The notes beneath the pieces are model-generated. The model searched no databases and was not told the origin of the DNA. It worked only from the letters and a program-made list of their open reading frames with translations. The position numbers and the translations under genes are program-made. A stretch of DNA of 64,000 nucleotides from the human T2T-CHM13v2.0 reference genome, Homo sapiens: assembly GCF_009914755.1 (NCBI RefSeq), contig NC_060925.1, one strand, 5' to 3'. Positions 32,211-47,569 of the stretch are shown piece by piece. Within the stretch, counting starts at the first letter, position 1. Every line of letters begins with the position of its first letter.

Positions 32211-34064
32211 TAGTTCCTTGTTTCTCCTTCCCTGAAATCAACAGGCTGTCATCCTCCCAGACTTGACTTTTCCTGACAGAGCACTACAACTTCAAACAAC
32301 CTAAACAACAGAAAAGAAAGGTTGAGCCCTGCTCATCCTCCAAGAGAAATTCATATGCTAGGCTTAGGTTTCCAGAAGTACCCTTCTCACTACCCCCTTC
32401 TCACTAGCCTTATCTGTGTATTTCATCTGATGTCAGCTACACTGCTTCCCTTTGGAACAAATTCCAACATCTGAAATTATTAATGGCTCCACCAATCTAA
32501 ATACCATTTTAGTAAACACCCTTATTTTGCAGAGTCCAACTCTTTTGTGGCTATGAAATATCCCTTACTGATTCCGGTCAGATTTCAGGGTGATGGCCAG
32601 GGTTTATAGCCAGGTGGATGGGAAACACTGCTGGTGGCAAATGGCACACCTTCCTCCAAGTTTCATTTCTGCAGATGGTTCCAGGAGCTGCCATGGATGC
32701 CAGGCCTGCCTCCTCTGCCTGGGCATCTTACTCTGCTGTCTGAGGCTCTTGTACTCACTAACCTTTAGTTTCCAGTCAACAATTTTCATATGCTTCAATT
32801 GCAGTCAAAGGCATCATTTTTCCAAATCGTTTGCCTTAGATTACTTGCAGCAGGTTGACCCAAGAGGTGATTGCTTAAACCATATTTTCCTTGCACCTAT
32901 ACGCCAACATTCCATATACCTGTTAATTATGTAATACAGCGCTTAAGAAAAGGACCACTGAGATTTTCACCTACTGGTTTCTAGAATATTAAGAGGCTTA
33001 ATTTTTAAGCAAGTTAAAAATTTGCAAGTTAAAACTTCCATGAACTTTATTAAAACTTTCATTAACTTGCCGAATTCTCATTCTCCAATGTGAGAATTCT
33101 TGTGAGCCTGCCACATATTGTCTGTCTCCCTGTAGAACTGGGGAGAGCACGTCTGGGAAGGCAGAAGTGCAAGCTCATTGTGCTGTGGCTGTTGCTGGGA
33201 CACAAAGGTGGCATCATAAACACTGATTATTTATTATCCTAATATAGTTCCAAGGACTGTATTAGCTCCTATTTGGACCCTTAATAAGAAATGGAAAGGA
33301 ATGTGTATGGACTCAATCACATTTTCCCCTTAATGGAGAAGAAGCTCACCTAAGACCAAGCTTACCTTGGAGGTCAAGACCATGTGCCCTCGGTTGACAA
33401 TGCCAAATGTTTATTGTATTACATGACACCTACATCTGTTCCCATCAGGAATCAGCACACTTCTCTAACAAATAGGCTGTGCATTTTATCTAGTATACTT
33501 CCTGTTAACACAAAGACCTGTTATGTAAAAACTGCATTTTTTCCCCCAAAGTTATCCACCCCCCACCTCTTGAAGATCAAATTTACATCCAATCTTTTCC
33601 ACTCATATGATAGGCTATTATCTGTTAGTTTCCCAAGTTGAAGGAAAGAAAAATGTCAGCCTTTTTCTTGGCCATCAGCAATGCTGTAAAGAGTAGTCTT
33701 GGTGGGCAAGTGGAGAGATACACCTCACCCCTTTTACCTATCTCAGTATCCTGCTTCTCCTCTGTCCATGTATACAAAGGCAGATGAGAAGATGACTATC
33801 TATCCCTTTCTATCCTCGTCTTAATGCCTACATTTTGATTGTGAATTATGAATAACTGAAGCTTTGTTCATAAACCCAAGATCTGTAGGCATTTCAAGGA
33901 CAGATTTGACAATAAATGTGAAGAGAGAATAGTCTGTAACTCCTGCCGTGGTGTTATCTTGGCTTTCTCTGGTTCGTATCTATTTTTAGGCTTTTTTTTT
34001 GTCCCAAGTCTTTGCCTCCAGTCTCTGCTTTCTATTGGATGGTGAAATTATGATAGAATAACAA

Positions 34065-34260
34065 AGTAATTGCTAAAGTTTATTAAGCACAAGTGTGTGA
34101 TATGCTCTATGCTTAGCACTGTATTATCCAACTTAATACTCACAAGGTGGGCACTATTATTATACCTATTTTACTTAAGAGGAAAGGAGATTTTCAGAAA
34201 TCAAGTATTAGGCAGCTAATACATGAGTAAGTCATCAAGACGGTGACCAGAGTTGCTACC
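34065..34260 (-). mobile_element. MIR
   Basis: aaggtgggcactattattatacctattttacttaagaggaa. Confidence 0.6.
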
Positions 34261-34955
34261 ATTAAGACTTCTTCAAATCCACTGCTCCCTTCCACTGCTG
34301 GCTAACAACAAGCAGTGGAGGAGAGATGGATGGCAGGGCAGGAACAGTGGTGCTGGGAAGGTTTGTTTTGAATGATTAGAAAGAAGGTTATGGGATAGAT
34401 TTTCCTTATGTGTGAAATATCTTATGTGTGTCATGTGTGACAGTGGCCTTCTACACAGAGTGGAATTGCATGGAAGTTCACACTGGGCCCACACTGGCAG
34501 TGTACTGGAATGAACACAACCAGCCAATCCAAATTTTTGCTAACAAGGTACCAGGGAAATACAATTATGTTCACTTCAGCATCACAGAAATGGAAGGAAT
34601 TCAATTTCTGCATGGAATCCCAGAAATTGAATCCCAGCATGGGAGAAAGAAATAAAACTTAAGCCACCAAAGACTCAACCTAATACTGCACCCCCAGAAT
34701 ACCAATTACTTTTTTCCCCTCTAACTCTCTTCTAAAAGGACTGTTGTGCCACTTATCACCTTACCTACATTAATTTTTCTAGTAACAAACATGTCTAAGG
34801 TGCTAAATCATTGCAGATTACTGCATGTATGTGCAATAACCTGTGACAGAATAATAAATAGCAAATACATGAAAGAAGGAATAAAAGTTTCTGCTGCCGT
34901 TAGTATAAGGAGTGCACATCAGGTTCATGAAACATGCCAAAAATAATTTAAAAAA

Positions 34956-36960
<2,005 letters not shown>

Positions 36961-37139
36961 TTATAATAATTTAAAAAACCCCGTGAGGGTGATAGGAAAG
37001 ATCTCTTCTTCCTCCACCTTAAACCAGGATCATTGTAACATAGTAATTAGATTTTGACTGTGGTGAACAAAGGCACTTTAGAAACTTTCTAATAAAACTT
37101 TGAGGAAAAAGTGGAATTACCTTTCCAATGTTTTTCTCC

Positions 37140-37600
37140 TGCACAAAATTGTGAACTCTTTGAGGCAGGAACTGTTGGTTATTTGACTCCCAGCACTATG
37201 AGCCTAATTTCATCATCTGTGAAATGGAATTAATCATCTCAGGATGCAGTTATAGCAGGACTAATAAAGTGATCATGTATATAAATTATATTTCTCAGTG
37301 TCTGGCACATGGAAAGACAAATTATAATTGTGAATTATTATTTATCATTGTGGTTATAGGGGAAGATGGGAAAACAACCTTCAGACAACTCTTTTACTCC
37401 AAAGTCTCTTGAAAGACATGGAACAGAGCAGTGAGGAGCACTGGTTGGGGATTCAGGAGCCTGGTTCCCCTATTGATACTTTTAATTAACCACCTTCCCT
37501 TAACCAATGACTTACTTTTGTCGATTTCAGTTTTCTAACATCATAATGAAATGGTTGGTTTAAAATACCCAAGATCACTTTTAGCTCTAAATTTCTCCAA
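37140..37600 (+). mobile_element. L2/MIR/MIR3 fragments
   Basis: gagcctaatttcatcatctgtgaaatggaattaatc; aagatcacttttagctctaaa. Confidence 0.55.
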
Positions 37601-38189
37601 TATTTTGTTTTTGCTAAAGGGCCATTTTTTCCTTAAATTTGGCCCTATTTAACAAATAATTACTATTTATATTTTTTAAACAACTGGATTATACTATAAA
37701 AGTTTTCTTTCTTTGCAATATGAAGCTATTTATGAATTTGAGATTAAAAGAGAAAGTAACAAGAGACTGTAATCTTATACCAATTTCCTAATAAAGCCCA
37801 CATTGAAAAAGCACTATTCTGGGTCAAATATCCAGTAATATCCAGCTTTCTGCCTGAGCCTAAGTGTTTGGCTGAAATAGCCAAACATAAATATGTATAC
37901 GCTCACCAATATAGTAATTCCTGTTTTTGATGTCGTGCTTTTATCTGGACCATGAAAGATACCACTGTGCTCTATAATCCATACACAGAAAGAAACCTTC
38001 ACCAGTGGTCTAAAAAAATGACTTGTATAAAGAGAATTGCATCAAAGGGAAATTAAGCAGTTGAGCAAGAATTCACACATGAAAAAAGTTAACTATCTAG
38101 TAATAGAAGTGCTAAAGAATGATCTATGTCTAAACATCCATATTTCTATTTAACTTACATTTTTCCTTCATGTGGTTTTTGTTGGTTAA

Positions 38190-39300
38190 ATCAACGAATG
38201 TTCATTTGGTTTCAATTCTGCAAGGCTCTTTGCTAGGCACTATGAGGAATAAAAAATTAACCAAATATAGATACTTTTCAAGGAGCTGGCAGCTGATTAC
38301 ACATGGGGAATTATAATACAGGAGAGAAAGTGCCCAGTTTCCTAAGAGCAGGACGAAGAATGTACTATGCATGTCCAGAGATAAGAAAGATTCTTTCCAT
38401 TAGGAAAGTTCAGGGACACTTATGAGACATTTCAGTTGGGCCTAAATGGATGAGAAGGAGTCTCTGGATGGGACTGGGAAACAACTGGTTTCATTCGTGT
38501 GGAACGTAGGATTGGGAGACTATGGAAGTGCTGGGAAAAGGGGTTAAAAGACTCAGTTTAAGCCACACTGTGACCTTGAAAGGCTGGCCAAGAAGTTTGA
38601 ACTTCACTCTCTAAGCAACAAGAAATCATCAAAAATATTCTGGCTGAAGAATTACATTCCTATAGTTGGGCATTAGAAAGATCATTGTCAGGAAAGAGAA
38701 AAACAGGAGACATAGGAAGCAGAAGACCAGTTGGGAAACTGTTGCTACAAACTATGGAAAAATAAATCAATTAACTAGGGTAGCAACAGGAAGTCCGGAG
38801 ATGGTGGGAGGGGTGTTTGGGAAGTTTAGGAATTCTGCCCAAGAGATGGTGGCTACTCACTGGCTACATGGGCTGAGGGGTGGAAGGAGGAGTCAAAGAG
38901 GCCTTGAAGATGGAGAAACACAAGCTGAGAACAGAGGATGGTTACAGAGATATAGAGGTTTTCGTGTGAGATTCTGGGAACACCCAGATGGAATTTACCA
39001 TAAAGCAGTTCAGGTGTACGTCTGATATTCTGGAATGAGGGTGGGGTTGGCAATAGATTTGGTAACTATTGGAGTGAATGTTATAATTGAAGAAATGAAA
39101 CTGAGAGGAATTCTCACAGGAGATGTCATTGAGAGGAAAAAGAATACAGATCTATATTTAGTGAGAAGGAGGAGGAAGAGCAACCTAAAACAGAGAGAGA
39201 GGAGGAGTCATATGAAAGTAAAAAGGAGAACAGAAAAGCAGGAGTCACAGGACAGGAAAGAATAGCGTGTTAAGAAAGGAGTAATAATAATAAACTGCAG
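38190..39300 (-). mobile_element. L2 fragments
   Basis: Purine-rich antisense L2 (ctttgctaggcactatgaggaat...; ggccaagaagtttgaacttcactct). Confidence 0.65.
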
Positions 39301-39449
39301 CCCAGACCAGGCCAAACCATGAGAACTAATTCTAGTTACAGCCAGATAACCTCACAGCTTTTACCAGAGAATTTTCCTTAGACTGAAGCAATGGGGAAAA
39401 CTGTAATATATTTAACCAGTGAAAGATCACTGGTGCCAGCTGCTCCCAT

Positions 39450-40310
39450 TTAATTTTTTTCAATATTGTATTGTAAAAATATTTAGATGTACAAAAAAGT
39501 TGAAAGTATTTTACAGTGATACTCAAATACAACCACCACCAAATTCTACCATTAACATTTTACTATACATGTTTTATTACAAATCTATTTATCTACTCAT
39601 CCTTCCATCAATCCACCTTAGAATTGCTTTGCAAGGAATTCTAGGTAAATTATAGCCGTCATTATACCCCCCATGAATATGCCAGCAGGCACATCATTAG
39701 TTTAGTATTTGTTTACAGTTTTATTTCTCTTTGTGATAGAATTTACATGCAATTAAATACATTTACCTTAATTGAACATTTGCTAATTTTTGACAAATAA
39801 ATATATCTATGTAACTTAAATCCCTTTCAAGGTATAAAATGTGATCATTACCCCTGAGAGTTCCCTCATCCCTCTTTTTGGGTAATCCTTTTCCCCTCCC
39901 CCTGCAGAGGCAACCACAGTTCTAATTATTATTATTATTGATTAATTAATTTTTACTTTGCCAAAAATAGTTTTGCATTATCAAGAACATCTTATAAATG
40001 GAATCCTATGGCATTTGTTCATTTTGTGTCTTTCCTTACTTTTTTGGCTTACCATGATGTTGATGAAATTGACCATGTTATTGTGTGTTTCAGTACTTTG
40101 TTCCTTTTTAATGTTGAATAGTATTCATTGTATGAATATACCGAAGTGTAGTTTTCCATTTTTTTTACTGACAGACAAGTAAGCTGCTTCCAGTTTTTAG
40201 TTATTGTGAGTAAAGCTGCTATGAACTTTTATGTACAAGTATTTTGGTGGATATGTATTTTCATTTCTCGTGGGTAAATACCTTGGAATGGAATTTCTGG
40301 GTTTATGCTG
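39450..40310 (-). mobile_element. Old L1MC/L1ME 3' end
   Basis: cagaggcaaccacagttctaatt; gctgctatgaacttttatgtacaag; gggtaaataccttggaatggaatt. Confidence 0.7.
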
Positions 40311-40592
40311 TCATATAATTTAAATTTCACAAATACTTCATGAAAGATCAGTATTGTTCTCATTTGTCTTTAGTGCAATTTACCTCCCTGGGACTCTAGC
40401 AGAAACTGTGCTTGAACCTTTCTCACCTCATGGTATTTTATCAAAGCTGTTTCCTATTCTTTCCCATCTGTCCTGCCACCGAGTGACAATGAGCAAACCA
40501 GAAAAAGGAGTCTGTGTCAATGTTCACTAACTCATATTACCAACATGGACAGCATATTCCACAATGCAATTAAAATGTATAGTTTATAATTT

Positions 40593-40752
40593 AAAAAATA
40601 TAGAGAGATAGGGTCTCAGACTGTCTCCCAGGCTGGAATGCAGTGGGTCAATTAATAGTTTACTGCAGTCTCAAATTCCTGGGCTCAAGCAGTCCTCCTG
40701 CCTCAGCCTACCAAATCACTGGGATTACAGGCATGAGCCACTGTGTCTGGTC
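40593..40752 (-). mobile_element. Free Alu monomer (FAM/FRAM-like)
   Basis: Single monomer flanked by TSD tagtttata. Confidence 0.8.
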
Positions 40753-40769
40753 CTAGTTTATACTTTTAA

Positions 40770-41810
40770 TGTTTACCTGTCTTCAGTTGCATTGTGTAAC
40801 ATAGGCATAATCATAGTACTTATCTCTTAGAATTATTGATTTAAGAAATATTTATTAAATGAATATTATGTGCCTGTTACTGGAGATGAAATACGAACAA
40901 AAGAGACAAAGTTACTGTTCTCAAGTAGCTTTCAGTTTAGACAAGGAGAGTAAACAGTTAAAAAGCCACACTAACAAATGTACTGTTACAAACTGAAATA
41001 AGAGGTCTAGAGAAAAAGAACACTGCTTTATGGAAAATTTGCAATAAATGAGGCCAACCAGAATATGGAATCAGGATGGGCTTCCTTGAGGAAATAATGC
41101 TTGAGCTGAGGAGTTACATAGGTTAGAGGGTAAGGCAATATAACAGGGGGGACCTCATTCCAGAGAGAGAGAAGAGTGAGGACAAAGGCCTTTGGCTGAA
41201 GGGCATGTGCACATTCACAGAACAAGAAAGCTGAAAGGACTGAAAGCCAGAGAATGAGGTGGAGACGAATAGGATTAGAGAGCACAGTGGAGGTGGGAGT
41301 CTTCTGGACAACATTAAGGACCTCTGTCCTTTGTCCTAACAGGAACAGGAAGTCACTGTGGAGTTTTAAGCATGAAAGAAACATAATAGAATTTCTGTTT
41401 TGAAAAGATTTTCCTGGATGAAATGTGGGCCATTCTTAGAAGAAGATCAAAGTAGAAACTGGACAGGAGGTAATTTCAGCAATCAAGTGAGGTGCTCAGA
41501 ATAAGATAATGGGGATGAAGAAATGGGTTTGACAAATATTTAGGAAGCAAAATCAAAAGGTTATAGCAATAGACCAAGAGTAACTCCTAGTTTCTGGACT
41601 TTGCAATGCCTGCCAGATAATTAATGCTCAATAAATATTAGTAATAGCAGTTTTGGTGTTGGTTGATGCTATTGCTGTGTTATTATTATTATTTATAGAA
41701 ACTCCTAGTTAATGGTTTATGAGGTAGCCTGACATAGTGGACAGGAAAAGAGCTTTGGGATCAGAGATCCCAGATTTAAATCCTAGTTTTGCTAATAACT
41801 AGCTATGGTT
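40770..41810. mobile_element. L2a (minus, ~40845-41600) flanked by MIR fragments
   Basis: aaatatttattaaatgaatattatgtgcc...gggcttccttgaggaa...ggaagtcactgtggagttttaagca; MIR pieces on both sides. Confidence 0.65.
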
Positions 41811-42669
41811 AAACAAAAAAAAAAATTGAAATTAGTTATTATAAACTCTCCCAGCTCCCAAAGGGGTAGCCTGTAGCTCAATGTCCAGGGACCATGAAGA
41901 ACTCAGCTCTTTCTAGCAGCTATAGTTATTTGCAGAAGTTACAGCACAGGTGGGAGCCAAGGACAATGATAAAGCAAGGTGTCCTGGATTTGCTTCCTGA
42001 GGATCTTGTTTCTAATTCAGCCTCAGCTGCTTATTTTCTGGGGACCCAGCGTTTGTGCTAATTTCCCCAAATACTTTATCCCACACCTTCCTGAAAGGTC
42101 TTTTTTCTCTAGATTTGTTCCTTTCTCCTAACTTAAGTCTTATTTCCACGGGAGCATTGGGAACTTTAGACATCTGATTAGCTAACTCATGTTAAAGCAC
42201 AAATTGCCTACAGTGTTGTTTCTCTATGGCATTCATGGAACATTCACTCATCCTCAAAATCAAAACTGATGAGGGTGGGAATGCCAAACACTGTGTATGG
42301 CAAACTGCATTGAGACCCTAGGGGTACAATTTATGAGGGAGTCATCACAGTTGCTCAGGATGGCACTGGAGCACTGGGTGCTTCAAAAACAGATGACAAC
42401 TGTCCCACTGAGTATTCTTGGCAGATGGAATAGCTGCAGAATAGATTATGTGACTCAACTCCTTGTGGAGAAGCAAATTCCTTATGATATGACCCAGCAA
42501 GGAGAGCACTTCACGTATTTGCAGCTTTTTGAAAATTCTGCAAATTTTTATTATTATTAATGTAGGTCTAGGTAGAAAATCAAGGATGGAAACTTAAAAA
42601 TATTGAAAACTGGATTTTTAAAGCACAGAAAGCAAAGTACTGTAAATTGCAAAATTTTCTTGCAGGAGA

Positions 42670-43430
42670 AAAATTCTAAGTCAGCTTTATTGGAGTATAA
42701 GCTACATATAGAAAATTCATCCGTTTTAAGTGTACATTTCAATGAGTTTTGAGAAATGTATACACTCCAGTGATCACCACCATAATCAAGAGTTATAACA
42801 GTTATAGATAGCAACCAAAAAATTCATTCATGCCCCTTTGTAGCATGGGTTATCTTGGATGGAATCATATTGCATATTCAATTGAAGAAAAAGCCAGAGA
42901 CTTGCTGATGGATTGGGTATAAAGTGTGGGAGAGAAGAGTTAAGGATGAGTCTGGGCTTTTGCCCTGAGAAACTGGGTATACAGAGGTACCATTGTTAGA
43001 TGACAGTGACTGAAGTTTTGTGGGGAAAATAGTGTAGTTTTAAATATTAAAGAGGATTTATGAAAGATAAATTTTAATAAATGGATAAGCATTTCACAGA
43101 CAGGTCATAACAGAAAAACAAAAATATGCTCATTGAAATAACAGTGGAGTACAAGTGTACAACTATTAAATTACCGATTATTGAAAAACATGATGCTACT
43201 CAATGTTGGTTATGTTGGGAGAACTTGTACATGCACCAACTGCAGATGGTAATTCAGAAAAGAACCTTTATTTGAAGAACAGTGGCCCAGAACCATCCAT
43301 GACTCTTTTGCCCCCTCATTCCAATTCTGAGAACTTTTTCTTAGAGAATTATGTTTAAAAATTAAACCAAATAATCTAAAAGACAGAAAAAGTATAATTT
43401 GTATCAAATGCTCACTGCAACTTTCCTTAT
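42670..43430. mobile_element. L1MB 3' tip, L2 and L1ME fragments
   Basis: cagctttattggagtataagctacatatagaaaattc (L1MB); ttgctgatggattgggtat (L2). Confidence 0.55.
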
Positions 43431-43431
43431 A

Positions 43432-43921
43432 CAGGTTGTGCATCCTTATCTCAAAAATATGAAATCCGAAATGTTCCAAAACCTGAAACTTTTTGAGCAT
43501 TTACATGACACCACAAGTGGAAAATTCCACACCTGACCTCATGTGATGGGTCGCTGTCAAAACACAGTTGCACAACATGGTTTATTCAGCATCTTAGAGG
43601 GAAAAGAAAACCCTCTCAGCCCCCTTCAACTGCAGTGTATCTTTTCCATGCAAGTCCAGATTCACCTTCAAGCACACCCACAAAAGGTAATAAAATAAAA
43701 ACTATGTTTCATGCACAAAATTATTTAAAATATTATATAAATTACCTTCAGGTTATGTGTATAAAGTTTATACAAAACAGAAATGAATTTCATGTTTGGA
43801 CTTGGGTTCCATCCCCAAGATATCTCATTATGTCTATGTGAATATCCCCAAATCAGAAAAAAATATCTCAAATCAGAAACACTTCTGGTCCCAAGAATTT
43901 AAGATAAGGATGCTCAGCCTG
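43432..43921. mobile_element. Tigger4/Zombi (MER46-type) TcMar element
   Basis: Inverted termini caggttgtgcatccttatc / gataaggatgctcagcctg, flanked by TA on both sides. Confidence 0.88.
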
Positions 43922-43994
43922 TAGCAATGAAATATTTGTATAACAAGTGTCCAGAAAAGGAAATTGTATAAGTAATGTGCCTTTGGATAGAATT

Positions 43995-44255
43995 TGTAAT
44001 AACAGATAACTTTTATTGAATGTTTACTATGTGCTTGACACTACGCTAAGGCTTAGTTTACATCACCTCATTTTATCTTCGTAATAGCCTATAACATAGA
44101 TACTATATCCTGCGTGGTAGGATTTATCCCCAATTAACTGATGAGAGGCATGAAGGACACATAGTTTAAAATTATACAACCAGTCAGTGGTAAAGATAAG
44201 ACTTGAATGTAAGCAGGATAACTCCCAAGTCCAGGTTCTTAACCATCAGTAAAAC
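43995..44255 (-). mobile_element. MIR
   Basis: ttttattgaatgtttactatgtgc...ttaactgatgagagg...caagtccaggttcttaacca. Confidence 0.65.
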
Positions 44256-44782
44256 TACCCAATATTAAGCAAATACTGAGAGTAATTACAACGAAAATGG
44301 ATTGAAGATAGAGTGACACATTCAAAAGGAAAGAAAATATGAAAAAAATTGTTTCTAATGGCTTATGTTAAAAAGGAAATAAAATACAAAAAAGATCTGT
44401 ATATTATAGGTATAGGTATGTGAATATAAGAAAAGACCAGAAGAAAATGCAAAAATAAGATTTTTGTTCACAAGAGACTATTGGATTCTTCAGTTAGAAG
44501 TTCATTAATGGTGTTGCCAGATAAATTTCCTTTAAGAGGTAGGAGCAGAAGGGTTTAGTAAACTGATCTTTCAGAGGCTGGTGATGATAGAAGAAAATTG
44601 CATGTTTTTTGTTTGAAGAGAGGTAGAATCAAGGGATTTGAAAAAAGCCAAAGAGAAGAAACCAAGGAATAATAAATAGAAAGAGGATGAGAGGAAATGA
44701 GAAAAGAGAGGAGGTAGTGCAGAGAAGAGAAGAGGAGGGAGAATGTTGGAGGGTGAAGAAGGAATCAAAGGTAGTATGGAGT

Positions 44783-44878
44783 ATGTTATGCCTTATACAT
44801 AACAGTTGCTCAAAAATATTTATTAAATTTGAAGTTAATAAATATTTTTGAGCAACTGTTATGTATACGGCATAACAT
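44783..44878. repeat. 44-bp inverted repeat (1 mismatch, 8-nt loop)
   Basis: 44783-44826 pairs with 44835-44878; only mismatch is 44793 T vs 44868 C; loop atttgaag. Confidence 0.95.
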
Positions 44879-45299
44879 TGGAACCAATCTAAATGTCCAA
44901 CAATGATAGACTGGATTAAGAAAATGTGGCACATGTACACCATGGAATACTATGCAGCCATAAAAAATGATGAGTTCATGTCCTTTGTAGGGACATGGAT
45001 GAAGCTGGAAACCATCATTCTCAGCAAACTATCGCAAGGACAAAAAACCAAACACTGCATGTTCTCACTCATAGGTGGGAATTGAACAATGAGAACACAT
45101 GGACACAGGAAGGGGAACATCACACACTGGGGCCTGTTGTGGGGTGGGGGAACAGGGGAGGGATAGCATTAGGAGATATATCTAATGCAAATGACAAGTT
45201 AATGGGTGCAGCACACCAACATGGCACATGTATACATATGTAACAAACCTGCACCTTGTGCACATGTACCCTAAAAGTTAAAGTATAATAAAAAATAAT
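44878..45299 (+). mobile_element. L1PA (approx. PA5-6) 3' fragment, ~420 bp
   Basis: ttggaaccaatctaaatgtcc...3'UTR...aagtataataaaaa. TSD aaatttgaagttaa (44825-44838 / 45300-45313). Confidence 0.93.
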
Positions 45300-45439
45300 A
45301 AATTTGAAGTTAAAGCAATTTATTATAAAGTTAGGCAATCATGTCATGGTTATTATCTCAAGGAACTCATTTTGCTTTGCTTTGTTTTGTTTTGCCGTGT
45401 GTGTGTGAGTGTGTGTATAACATAAAAATAGCCTTATTT

Positions 45440-46080
45440 TATTTTTCTAAGTATGCATATATAAATAAATATGCTTATGTATTCAGAAAGTATATTAAAT
45501 AAGAAAAAATAAAATAATCTGTAATCCTATCTAAACAAAACTCTGGTTAGAATTTTATCATATAGCCTTCTTGGCTATTTCTGTTCATTATGCACACATA
45601 CCTAACTTCATATTTCCTTCTAAAAAGGCATCGACATTTGTAATCAGCTTTTTGTTACTCAACAACAATATGATTATTCTCTACGCTACTAAATATCTTC
45701 TCTTGAATAGTTGTGTAGTTTTCTGTTGCTTGGACAGATATAATTTATTTAATTAATCCCCTATTGATGGACACTGGCTTATTTTGAATTCTTAGATACT
45801 ATAAGAGCATTGTGATGAATATCCTTACACATGCATATCTATACATGTTCATTTGTTTCCTTAAGATAAATTCTGCAGAATTACATGGATATATATATAC
45901 ATATATATATACATATACATATATATATATATATGTATATGTATATAAGTTCTTTGGACAGAAATTACTCAAGTGCCTTCCAGAAAATGTGTAAACGTTT
46001 TCTCCTCCCATTGACACAGTGGGGGAAGGTTTGCATCCCCACAGCTTGTTGATTTGGGCTATCAGCCTTTCTAATTTTTC
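45440..46080 (-). mobile_element. L1ME fragment containing (TA)n/(TACA)n repeat at ~45887-45946
   Basis: aatcccctattgatggacac...gtgatgaatatccttacacatgcatatc. Confidence 0.6.
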
Positions 46081-47159
46081 AGAGAGCCATTGTCTGAAAA
46101 ACCTCAAAACATCCCCTTTCTCATCCCACATTGCCTCTTGAATAGATAATTTTCCCTAGGAAGCATCTAAAAAATTCTGGAAGATATAAGTGGTTGAAGT
46201 AAAATTAGACTTGGTTTTAAGGTTTTACCAGAGAACAAAGAAAGCTGAAAAACATCAGGGCAGGGTTCTATATGTGTTACCCACTGATGACTCTATGCTG
46301 TGTTCCCTCTGATTAGAAAATGAAGGAATCAAACTTATGGAGATGCTTCACAAGCTCCTAAAAAACAGATCTTCAGCTGTGTAGGGAGCCACAGATTTCC
46401 CCTGTATGAATCTAAAATTATGTCAAAGTTTTTTCTCCTTTATGTTGGGTGTTTTTTTTTTTAAGAATAAATATGAAGGCATTGCCTCTCAACCGTTGAA
46501 AATAGGCATGGGAATTATAAGAAAAAGTTTTGCATTTGAACTCTGACTTAAGGTTTGGGCAAATATTTAGATACTAATTTAATTTCAGACAAACTACAGA
46601 ATCCTAGCAATTTATTATAGCTCTAATTTGCAATAAGGGAGAAACAGTAGTATTTCTTCTAGTATTTTAGCAGAAATTAAAAATGTGTATTTACAACACT
46701 TAGTCACTTCCCTTAAAAAATAAAATCTTTTCAGCTTCCATGTAAAGCAGCCAGATGTCTAATTAGGAATCCTGAAACTCGGCTCTATTGAGTTAATAAG
46801 AACCCATGGCAAGTATTAACCAGAATATCCCATTCCTCAACAATGACGAAAAATACTTGAAAGTTCATGAAATAAGCTGTCAAAGTGGTTCGGTAAAATT
46901 CTAAATAAGATTATTATATTTTCATGTTCTTGCTAATCTATATCATGGTTAGAAATCAAAGCATGCCGAAATTTCTCTCTTACTTTTTTTGCTGTTCTTC
47001 CTCAACCCCACCTTCCTCAGGAATTTTTTTTTTAACTAAAACGTTCTGTGGTTGCTTTCAACCAAAGAAATGGTATAAATTATTGAAGTTTATATGTTTT
47101 TTGTTTGTCTTTTTATGAATAGAAAAATATTTGTTATTTTTTAATCAGTTGAGTGGGGG

Positions 47160-47188
47160 CTGTGTGTGTGTGTGTGTGTGTGTGTGTG
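47160..47188. repeat. (TG)n microsatellite
   Basis: Directly visible. Confidence 0.95.
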
Positions 47189-47569
47189 CATGCACCTGTA
47201 ATTTCTTACTTTAAATAAATGTTTTCCTATTTTAAAGGCTTTGTGGTACATTGATGAAACAAAATGGACAAACTTTCAGAGACGCTAATTAGTCATTTGG
47301 CAACTCTTCTCACAGCCGAAAATATAGTTTTTTTTCCAAAGAGGAAGCAATAAAGTATTATAAGTAAATATTTTTAAACTTCTACTAAAATGCTTGTTGA
47401 AATGTAACTGATGTATCTTATGGAAAAAATGCACACTTTTATGACACTTAGTAAATTACTAGAGTTCTGGAATTTCATTGTCTGATGTTAATCAATATAT
47501 GTTTACACAAATCTCAGTTTATTTTTAAGGAATTGAGAGATAAATGCATTTATATTTTTTAGGAAAGGC

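Noticed and set aside
32622-32642. CTCF-like word cactgctggtggcaaa
   Set aside because: Too many core mismatches in either orientation.
45887-45946. Apparent hairpin in TA-rich tract
   Set aside because: Trivial self-complementarity of a (TA)n microsatellite.
46250-46420. Possible CR1/L3 endonuclease remnant
   Set aside because: Similarity too weak to support without a profile search.
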